Shown here: piece after piece, positions 34,430 to 46,400 of the stretch
Position numbering within the stretch: the first letter of the stretch is position 1
How the letters are laid out: each line of letters starts with the position of its first letter
Assembly: GCA_965649765.1 (NCBI GenBank)
Contig: OZ287752.1
Span: 46,934,001 to 46,998,000, forward strand
Reading direction: 5' to 3'
Source of the DNA: Bispira polyomma
Taxonomy: Eukaryota
Length of the DNA: 64,000 bases
The notes under the pieces: model-generated
Told to the model about the DNA's origin: nothing
Database searches by the model: none
What the model saw: the letters and a program-made list of their open reading frames with translations, nothing else
Made by a program: the position numbers and the translations under genes

Positions 34430-37400
34430 CTAATATTGGCTCTTCTTTTTCCCCTTCTTGCTCTTCTTGCCTTCTTTAATTTGGTAGCTGTCTTCCACTT
34501 GAGGTTTTTGCTCCCCTTTCTTTTTCTGAACTAGCATCACAATGACAACAATGTAGGCTGCAAGCTATCCACAAGAAAAAGAAAAAAAAACACTAGATAT
34601 TGTGTAAAAGAAGTAGAAACTAAGATCACAACTAGTAATATGTTTTGCCTTATATCTGAGTTCACAAACATCAGTAAGGACTGACTCCTATCTAAGATTA
34701 AAGTGTTATCCATCACCCAGGGTGCAAATATCAATATGGCAGGCGTTAAGAGTGTCAATTGAATTATTGTCAGAGTTTAAAAACAACTGGGTTGGATCAA
34801 CATCAAGGGATATTGAACTACTTTGTATACAAACTAAATAATTAAACACGAATAATTACAATAAGAAACAAGTAAAATATGAGTTATTTAACTTTGTAAC
34901 ATATTTAATAAAACATTTTCGAATCATTTCAACCTACTGATGTTTTTTTAATATAAATCACTAATATTTAAGCAATGATTTACTTACACATCATGGCAAG
35001 AAGAAGAGCCAATATCTGAAGTACTTTTGACATATTACAGATTTTGGTAAATTTATACTTAAGTCAGACATCAAAAAGTATTTTAATAAGACATTAAACA
35101 AGGGTGAGAAGAAGACATCAATAGTGTTGTGTAATGAACCCTGGATACAAACCTGGACTACAACAGCCAGTACTGTAGCAATAATGGAAGGCGTTTTATA
35201 TTGGGACAGGAATTTTCCCACAGCGCCCCAACAGCCCTGTTAATACAGATAATCTACAGTAAAGTAACTATACAGATACAATCCCTCACATCACCCTGAT
35301 AGCCCTGTTAATACAGATAATCTACAGTAAAGTAACTATACAGATACAATCCCTCACATCGCCCCAACAGCCCTGTTAATACATATAACCTACAGTAAAG
35401 TAACTATTCAGATAAAATCCCTCACATCACCCCAACAGCCCTGTTAATACATACAACCTACAGTAAAGTAACTATACAGATACAATCCCTAACATCACCC
35501 TGATAGCCCTGTTAATACATATAACCTACAGTAAAGTAACTATACAGATACAATCCCTCACATCACCCTGATAGCCCTGTTAATACAGATAATCTACAGT
35601 AAAGTAACTATACAGATACAATCCCTCACATCGCCCCAACAGCCCTGTTAATACATATAACCTACAGTAAAGTAACTATACAGATAAAATCCCTCACATC
35701 ACCCCAACAGCCCTGTTAATACATACAACCTACAGTAAAGTAACTATACAGATACAATCCCTCACATCACCCTGATAGCCCTGTTAATACATATAACCTA
35801 CAGTAAAGTAACTATACTGATACAATCCCTCACATCGCCCCAACAGCCCTGTTAATACATATAACCTACAGTAAAGTAACTATACAGATACAATCCCTCA
35901 CATCACCCTGATAGCCCTGTTAATACATATAACCTACAGTAAAGTAACTATGCAGATAGAATCCCTCACATCACCCCAACAGCCCTGTTAACACAAACAA
36001 CCTACAGTAAAGTAACTATACAGATACAATCCCTCACATCGCCCCAACAGTTCTGTTAATACATATAACCTACAGTAAAGTAACTATACAGATACAATCC
36101 CTCACAATCACCCCAACAGCCCTGTTAATACATATAACCTACAGTAAAGTAACTATACAGATACAATCCCTCACATCGCCCCAACAGCCCTGTTAATACA
36201 GATAATCTACAGTAAAGTAACTATACAGATAGAATCCCTCACATCGCCCCAACAGCCATGTTAATACATATAATCTACAGTAAAGTAACTATACAGATAC
36301 AATCCCTCACATCGCCCCAACAGCCCTGTTAATACATACAACCTACAGTAAAGTAACTATACAGATACAATCCCTCACATCGCCCCAACAGCCCTGTTAA
36401 TACATACAACCTACAATAAAGTAACTATACAGATACAATCCCTCACATCGCCCCAACAGCCCTGTTAATACATATAACCTACAGTAAAGTAACTATACAG
36501 ATACAGTCCCTCACATCACCTTGATAGCCCTGTTAACAGTCTATGTGCAGCAGCAAGCCTACTTATCATGCATGTTGTTTCTCAACAATCTCACCAGAGG
36601 AAGCCGTCTCTCCACCTCTGTTTTCTTACCGCCCAAAAAACTAGTTCAAAGTTGCAGCACCTGCTAAGTGGAACAGTTTCTCTAATAGTCCTCACACTGA
36701 CACATGATTACATGCTTCAGAAAAAAGCTTAAAACACATTTATTTAAATTCGCTTTTCTGCCTTAACTTTCGTCTCCTGGTCACGACTGAACATTAATCA
36801 TGAACATTTACGTTTATGTTGTTGTTTCTGGAAATCCCCACAGCCCACTGTAAAACTATGGTCCAGTCACTGTTTAAAGGCCACATGTCAGAGGCTGAAC
36901 CCCTTCATGTGCTTGTTATCTGTAGATGCTGTACACTGTATACATATGCTGTTGTGGTGCATTATTTATACTATTATTTTAGTGGAAATAATGTTTGTAA
37001 TGTAGCCTTATGAGTGAAATTAGTGACCCAGAATCAGAAGTCAGTGATGGTGTTAGTATTCAACTTGAAACAAGTGATGATATTAAACATTATTAATTTA
37101 AACCTTCTCTATCAGACACACATTCTAGGAATGATGATACTTTTAGTGATGATATACCACGAAGTTTAGAGAGGATCAGTAATACTTAATGGGGAGAATT
37201 GTTTTGCAACTTAGAAGCACTTGACATTGATTAATACTTACAGAAATGGTACATTGGATATACATATAGATATACATATAGATCCATGATCCAAATCTAT
37301 TAATTTGATTACCAGTGAATCTGTCATTTTAGTGTATAATTATGTGTTGCTTTTTTATAGTAAAGATGGACACAAATTATTTTTGCCAAGGGGAGTACGT

Positions 37401-40400
37401 ATAATAAAGACAAGAACATTAATTTCTTAAGTAACTGTGATTTTTGACAAATCATATGTGCTATAAAATAAGGAGCTTAAAACTATTTGATAGCTATGAC
37501 AGTGGACCATGTATACAGCATCTTCATCAGTGGGATAAGTGGTCAATAAAGGAATGCTCTGTATTAATAGGTGGTCTTCTAGTGCAAGTTTAACTGTATT
37601 AATATGACAAAGTGTATAATATTTAACTTCAGCTATTAATAGTTCAAATGAATTTGAAAGTATGGTAGCTACGGCAAGTTAAATATACATTACAGGTATT
37701 ATTTTACCAGATTTAATCTTATTAAATGAGCTGGTTACACTTTTTTACCTCCAGATGTAAATGTGTGCTTCCATGTTGATTGCCACAGAGTCAGTATGTT
37801 GTAACAAAGTGGGGGAAGTTATGGCTGAAGCTGATGAGATAGATTGGAATAGCTTGCCTATCTACATCAGAAAGATTATTAAACTCTCCAGTTTTAAATG
37901 CTCAATTAAAGGCTTTCTCTTTGATAATGCTTATAAACATGTCCTGTAGTTAGTCATGGTGTACTATAAATGGTGTCAATGAATATTTTTATTAGATTTT
38001 GGAACCTTAAAACTTGTATTGTATTGTTTATTGTATTGTATAACATTCAGGATTTGAACCTGTCTGTTTAAATATTTATGTGCTACAAACTGCATACCAT
38101 GGATCCAAGGAGAATGACAAAGCCATAAAAACAATTAAATGCAAAAAATAGATACACAGCTTATAAACAGTTCGTAAGAAGGTGCTTGTAGCAATATCTA
38201 GAAAAAATATTAGAGTTCCTCTTTCCTTTTGTGTTGTCAGAGAAAAATTTCGTTCACCTGATTTTCTAAGATTCAGATATCTAGGTTAATAATGTCTATT
38301 ACAAATATATATTTACAGGTAGTTTATGAAAACACAATTGATTTTGATACTTACTTTAAGTAGAAACAGCTATGTTTGTAATGGAAATCTGAAAACTCTC
38401 GTCAATTTTATATTTGGTTATCTGTGAAGTGAATACTACATATATGAGAAAACTTTGATTGGCTATTCCATTTGTCTCTTGTGCCTTTTACCTGGCATAT
38501 CAATTCATTGTTTCAATCTGGATCCTTATCTTTGGAAGGAAATTGATAAAGGGACACATTGTCTTTATGTATATTACCACAGTTTGTGGCTACACAACAA
38601 GCAGGCATGTTTAAAGTATGAATTTTACCATTCTGAGTAATCACAAATAACTCACAAAACATTTATCATTCTAAGTAATCAGAAATAGCCACACAAGTTC
38701 CTTACACATTTCATTAACTGTATTTATCATACATATTCACAGAAAAATCATTATTTCCTGTATGTCTGAAGTACATATATCTGTTTTCAAATATTATTGA
38801 TATATTTAACAGGTTTTTGTGTGGTGATGGGTGCTTCAAATTGTAAATACTTCTGCCAAGAAATCAGTGAAACATTACATTAAGTCTAGACTTTTACATG
38901 AGACTCATTACAAACAACTAGGTTTAATGGTGATAACTTTCCCCGATCAGTAAAACATTAATCATGCTTAGATTCTTAATATACTTTACAGATAATTTTG
39001 CTTTTATTATAAAAGTGAAGAATAATTACATATATAAAGATTAAATAAGGAATAAAATGTATCGTGGACATACTTTATGTGGGTTGATAAGAATGAATCC
39101 TATGTGGTACAAGGAATATGGTGAATCCTATTACAAGCAGCATAAAATATTCATAAAAACTAAAACGTAATCATACATGTACTGCAGCAGAGTGCAGAAT
39201 AGTAGAGAAAATACACACATTTGTGTAGGAAACTGACTTCAGCCTGTGAGGTAGCATAAACAAATCTGGGGTCAAATGTATACAGTGGAGTTACCGCTGC
39301 AGTGAGTGAACAAGTAGGAATTTCTCAACACATACACAATTTCAGAATTTTATGTGTGGTGTATTTACACTACAATATCTGAGAGAATCTATTGGTGAAA
39401 TTTGCGTGTTTGAGTTGTTGGGCACTTTAAGAAACATTAAACAGATTACCGTTAGATAGTTGCTCGTCGTCTCATTGAAGCTGTTTTCAAATGCACATCC
39501 ATCCAGGTTAACAAAATGTGCTTCATTCGGATATTTCCCATCAAACTACCATGTTCAAAACATATAAGTACACTTAGAAATTCTTAAGAAAAAACACTTT
39601 CAGAAATAAACTATTCACTTTAAAGCATCTATTTTCCATTTATTTATTAAATCTTTTGTGAGGATACTTTACTAAATCCCTTAACTGATTGAACTGTAGT
39701 TCCATAACCAGAATTTAATAAAAGTGCAAACATGACCACACTTTAAATCTAAACATATGGGTAAACACTTATTTCAGTTCGCAGTTTTTTTCTGGCTGAT
39801 GATTTTATTCAATTGTCGGTTCCAATTCAAGAGAGGTAATTGATTATTGCAACCAATTCTTTATGTAAAAATAATTTTCAAAAATAGAAACGTATGTCTC
39901 AAGTTTATCATGTCTCAAATCTAGTATGCTATTGGTCTTCCCAATCATATTGTGTTCTCTTCACATGATGCTAGTTTATACACGTCACTGACCTTGCATA
40001 ACTTCCAAATACCTACCTTACAACAAGCCAGTGGAGTGTATAGAATTTTTGTTTTGTTTTCATTAATGACCAGAAAGGTTCTGTTTCTCTGCCAGGTTTC
40101 ATGGTCAGTAAAATCGTCGTATCCATTCACCCCACAGCATTCGTACTGAAAAAGAGAACATTGAAGACACTGTGTCAGACTATACATTCTTGTTCAATCT
40201 AGGTTTTGCAGCTTTTGAAAGTTATGTAATGACAAGACTATATAATAGTGGTCTTAAAAATATATTTTGTTAAATTTCTCCTACATATTAATTTGAATCA
40301 ATTTAAAATACAATGTTAACAATGGTATTGTTGCATACCAATATAAGCTTTACAATCTGTGAATACATTAGTGGGATATTTTAAAGTNNNNNNNNNNNNN

Positions 40401-43400
40401 NNNNNNNNNNNNNNNNNNNNNNNNNNNNNNNNNNNNNNNNNNNNNNNNNNNNNNNNNNNNNNNNNNNNNNNNNNNNNNNNNNNNNNNNNNNNNNNNNNNN
40501 NNNNNNNNNNNNNNNNNNNNNNNNNNNNNNNNNNNNNNNNNNNNNNNNNNNNNNNNNNNNNNNNNNNNNNNNNNNNNNNNNNNNNNNNNNNNNNNNNNNN
40601 NNNNNNNNNNNNNNNNNNNNNNNNNNNNNNNNNNNNNNNNNNNNNNNNNNNNNNNNNNNNNNNNNNNNATTTGCAATGCAAGAACATGTACGCAACGCAT
40701 GTAGTGAGTTTAGGCGCTATGCTTGACTTTAAACCTCGTTCTTTCGCATATATAAGAGTGGTAAGTTTTATGCTTCACTACAACGCTACAACCCTAAAAT
40801 CGATACATACTTTGATCATGAAAAAGTTCCAGGCTACAGAACTTTCACTTTTAGAGTCCACGCCAGCATAGTCCTTTAGGGTATTTTCTACACTGGTCTT
40901 AACAAGTGGGGCAACCTTGAGATAAAACAAAGGCTAAAAGTCATTCTGCAATAAAGTCAGTTTGAGAAGAAATACGGGCAATGTTTCTGTGTAATAACCC
41001 GCTCACACATCTCCTTTCAGAAGCTACATTAGAACTACCATTTGAAACGTTTACATCTGTTAAATAATGTATATGTGACCTTGCTTGACCTTGAGATGTA
41101 GTAAATAGCCTGAATAAGCACACAGACTACATGTACAAATTCAAAGTAAATGAAGAAGACTGTGCCTCTCAACTACATCAAACAGATATCGATCACCGGC
41201 AGGTTATTGTTAGAGATAGTTCAAGATTAAAATATACAGAACATTTAAAGAAAACCAGAAATTTGGAGAATACTTATATAAAGTTAAAAATAGAAAAGAT
41301 TGATTTGGTATTTTGTCACTTCAGGTTGAGATAGGGCGTTGGCAAAGGGTGTCATATGCGGATAGGACATGTAAATTTTGTAATAATGGTATTGAAGGTG
41401 AAAATCACTTTATATTCACCTACCCAGTTTATAATACTGAAAGATTAGTAACAGAATATTATATGTCTACTAGAGTTTGTGACTAGGACACCCTTTTTCA
41501 TAAAGATAAGCTCTCTGTGTAGGTGAAAAAAAGAAAATGTACTCCATTTTATAAATTATTTAGTATCTATTTACAACAAACGGAAAACCTTCAGTCAAGT
41601 GTTTAGTTTTAATGCTATATATGTATATATATATTTTTTGTGTTGTTTTGTTACTTATTGATAATGTAAGCACAATGATAAGTATACAATAAAGCATTTC
41701 TGTGGAGGAAAATAACTTAACTAAAATTTAATGTAATCAAACATTTGATCTGATATTATACATTTATATCTTGGTGACACAAATCACCAATGGGAAACAA
41801 AGTGCCTCATAAAAATGACGTCCCCAAAGATGTTCCGGTACGCTGCTACGTGTATGTATGACCAGGGCATAAGCAAAGATGCTTTGAGTGTGTGTATGAA
41901 GAACTAGAAAGGTTTACCTGTCCTGCCCAGAGAGTTATAACGGCAACTAGCTGTATTACCACCAGGAGTCCAACTAAAATACCGAACTGAAAGGGTGCAG
42001 AAAAATACAGCAAAATATCAATTCATTGAAAATATCTGACACTACATAAGTGGCGAGTTGGATTAAATGATATATAACAAACGAAGACAAAGCATAAGAA
42101 GATGAGCGTTGTGAGTGTTGGTCTTCTTGAGTTTTATATTGTAGTAATACAGGCCACAACTCTAGTATAGACTTCATTTTATCATATAATTTTGCAAAGC
42201 TGTGATGTAACTTTTGGCACATTATTTGGCTTGAACATGTCTATTTAACGGACCATGGTTTATTTTTGCACACCACAAGCCTTTCCAGAAGCAAATGTCG
42301 GTATAGTATCAAACTAATAAAAATTATGTTGTATGATCAAATACTGTATTAGTACACCGGTAGTACGAATTCTGCCTGGTACAAATTCTGGACAATAAAT
42401 AAAATCATATTGATACCAGGAAATACACAGAAACTAATAATCTTACATCTATACATAATAAAGGTCCCACTACCTACGTACATACCATAAGATGCATGAA
42501 AAAAGTAAATAACTATCAATAAAATGATTTTAAAATTAAATTGACTTTGTTTACATCTAACCATGGAGGCGGCTATTATGACATCACATTATCTCAAACT
42601 AAGAAATTTTATGTCATTTATTTTACTATACTAAAATAAGTAACAGAATATGTAAGAAATTATAATTTAAATGTATAGATAGAGATATCAGTTGATATAA
42701 TTTTGAACTCTTATAATGAAGAGTTAATGAGAGTAATGAATAAGAGAGTAATGAATAAGAGAGTAATGAATAAGAGAGTAATGAATGAGAGAGTAATGAA
42801 TGAGAGAGTAATGAATAAGAGAGTAATGAATAAGAGAGTAATGAATAAGAGAGTAATGAATAAGAGAGTAATGAATAAGAGAGTAATGAAGAGTAACTTT
42901 GTTTGAGGTTCTTGTCACTTTTGATAGCAAGATAATTCATCTTCGAAATTGTAATTTTTGTTTTGTATGAGAAATATTACGTTTTATTGATAAACTTAAT
43001 TACATAAATTTTTAATATAAATGTTGTAAGATTTAATGATTAAATTATGCCATTGTCAGAGATCCGGCCTAGTAATATTGATTTCCATTGAAACACAATA
43101 AAAAAAGGAAGTTTTGGAGGGTCAACGATTTGGTATAGTAAACGACTCTGTCCCTCACCATGCATACGACAGTTAAACAAAGCATTGTCGAAGACAGAAA
43201 ACCCGGTCTATGAAGCCATAAGCCTCTGGTTACAATATTTTGTAGACCGTTCAATAACTTTAAAGATTGTTTATCCGACTTTAGGAAAATCATATTTACC
43301 AATAGACAAATGAGTAGAACTTACAAGGATACATAAACATCTTCCAGGTCTCTTAAAGCTGAATATTCCACAAAGAGCAAGCAGTAAGAGTGCAATGCCC

Positions 43401-46400
43401 ATTCCACACAGGCTAAAACCTATCTGACGTGTTAATTCTGAAGAAAAAAACAAAAAACAAAATCAATCAGCAGTGTTCATCCTTCATGATTTAACACTGT
43501 GGTTTAAAAAACATCTTTTCTTCCGGTATTAAAGTAACTATAACTACAGCCAGAAGTACCTAATTCATAAGATATGGTCATTAAGTGCCTTCATATTATC
43601 TTTAATTTAGTTACACAAATGTTTATGTCCAACAAGAATACTTTTTATTGCATTTGCAGTAAACATCTGTCGGCAAAATTTTAATTTATGACAGGTAAAT
43701 CTACTGTAGCCTGTATGACTCACTAGTCAATCTACTGTAGTTTGTATGACTCACTAGTCAATCTACTGTAGTTTGTAAGACTCACTAGTCAATCTACTGT
43801 AGTTTGTAAGACTCACTAGTCAATCTACTGTAGTTTGTATGACTCACTAGTCAATCTACTGTAGTTTGTATGACGCACTAGTCAATCTACTGTAGTTTGT
43901 ATGACTCACTAGTCAATCTACTGTAGTTTGTAAAACTCGCTAGTCAATCTACTGTAGTTTGTAAAACTCACCAGCGAATCTACTGTAGTTTGTAAGACTC
44001 ACTAGTCAATCTACTGTAGTTTGTAAGACTCACTAGTCAATGTACTGTAGTTTGTAAGACTCACTAGTCAATGTACTGTAGTTTGTATGACTCACTAGAC
44101 AATCTACTGTAGTTTGTATGACTCACTAGCGAATCTACTGTAGTTTGTATGACTCACTAGTCAATCTACTGTAGTTTGTATGACTCACTAGCGAATCTAC
44201 TGTAGTTTGTATTACTAATTAGCGAATCTACTGTAGTTTGTATCTAATCTAATCCAATCTAGTCGTACTTTTATAGCGCTTAATCTTTGTACAACAAATT
44301 CTAAGGCGCAACAAACCCAAAACATTAATCGAAAATAGTGGGCGAATGGAAGTCGTAACCAGGGAGACTACCGTAAATGGTTGCAACGGCTAAGGTGGAA
44401 AAGCCGGTTCAAAAAGATCAGCCTTCAGCTTACTCCTGAAAGAGGAGAAAGTTTGAGCCAGGCGAACATGATCAGGTAGGCTGTTCCAAATGAGGGGGCC
44501 ATCATGAGCTAGGCAGTGATTAAACTGAACTTTGGATTTGTGGATGCGAGGGTCGAAAGTGGGAATGTTAAGGTATAATTTATCAGGGTTACTGCGCCTT
44601 GTATGACTCACCAGTCAATCTACTGTAGTTTGTAAGACTCACTAGTCAATCTACTGTAGTTTGTATGACTCACTCGTCAATCTACTGTAGTTTGTAAGAC
44701 TCACTAGTCAATCTACTGTAGTTTGTATGATTCGCGAGTCAATCTACTCTAGTTTGTAAAACTCACCAGCAAATCTACTGTAGTTTTTATGACTCACTAG
44801 TCAATGTACTGTAGGCTGTATGACTCAATAGTCAATCTATGCAAAAGTGGCTATGAATCCCTAATATCCCTGTTCCACTATGCCGATCATAGCCCCCATC
44901 ATTATGATTATAAGATCGGGGCAATTATTGGGTTTGGAGGGTTTCAAAGACTTATGTTTTGAATCGCTGAGATGGAAGAGGTTTTCAAACATGTTTCGGG
45001 GCCAATCGGGGCAATCGTAACCCACTTACGACTTATCTTTACCTTCTAATGACCTATTTTTTTAATCTTCACCTTAATCGTTTGGAATTTCATTCCGATT
45101 TATCTTTCCTATTGTAAAGGTCAAGGGCAAGTTATCTTTTCACCCCCCGAGTTATTGTGTCATGTCATTATTGAATTTAGTATTAAAATTATTATTGAGA
45201 ATATGACTTTGTTGTTGTTTTGAGAATAAAATGTTACAGCTAGAAGATATTAAGCATTATGGGACAAAAATCAAAGAGAAAGACCAGAAAGAGGAAGATT
45301 GAGGAGCATGTGGAAGCACAGGATGAGGAGAACTGACATTTTGATCTGGGAATGCCTGTTGTCATACCAGAGACACAGCTTTCTCAGCATTTACAGTCCC
45401 CAGTAGTTGAGGAGGAGGAAACCCAGGACCCTTGTATGGAGGATAAGACAGACACAGCTGGGAATGGAGAGGTGACTTCCATATTGAAGAAACAGAAGTA
45501 CAGTGTACGGTCATGTTCAGTGACACAGTGGAGGAGGCACTGGTGGACTTTTTGTGGGACCATGAATGGCTATACAACAAGAAAGATCTAAAATACAAAG
45601 ACACCTAGCCTAAAGACATGTTGTGGCTGGAGTTCTACTCAGGCAAGGAATTTGACATGGAAGAAGTGGTTTCAATTACAGAGGACTATCTATAGAAAGC
45701 TGAGCTGAAGTCCGGCCAGGCACCACCAAAGTTGACAGAGAGGCAGCACTGGGTCAAGAACACCTTAGGCTTTTTAAATCTTACATCATACCACATGTCT
45801 CGAGAACAGCTGGCTTGAGACCCATTGCATCCGCCTCTTTGTTTGTGGCTCCAGGAGAATCATCAACTCCCGGGGTTGGTTCCACTCAGACACAGACCAG
45901 GGCACTGAGACAGAGATGAAGTCTTCCTTGCTGGTAGCATCCCCTAGTAGCACTATCTAGTGAGCTCAGGGACACGATGGCCACGATGCAGGACACCATC
46001 TCAGGCTTCTTCAAGGAGGTCACCAAGCCCAAGGCTGAGGGACCCGGGGGGGGGGGGGCATTTCTCAACTGATTGACATTGGAGGCCGAAAAATTGCCAG
46101 ATGAACATTTGAACCACTTCAGAAGGTTGGCATTCAAACTTATGAACTCTATCCAGGACCAGGTGGCCAGACCACAACCAGTGCCACAGTTTAATAAGCA
46201 TCAGCAGTACCAGCCACAACCCCAGATGGAATACCAGATGAACCCACCCATCTTTGTACCTCAAAAGCAACAGCAACAACTGCAGTACATGTACCAACAA
46301 CCCCAGCAAAGACTGCTACAACCTATCACCCTCACCTTTTAACATCTGGAAGCGCCATAGCCAGCACCAGCCACCAGTACACAAAACTTGTATGGAAACC

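Noticed and set aside
40316-40871. Long ORFs across the N run
   Set aside because: Artefacts of the assembly gap.
42626-42940. Repetitive ORFs (VMNKR, YSLLS, HYSLI)
   Set aside because: Translations of a 15-bp tandem repeat.
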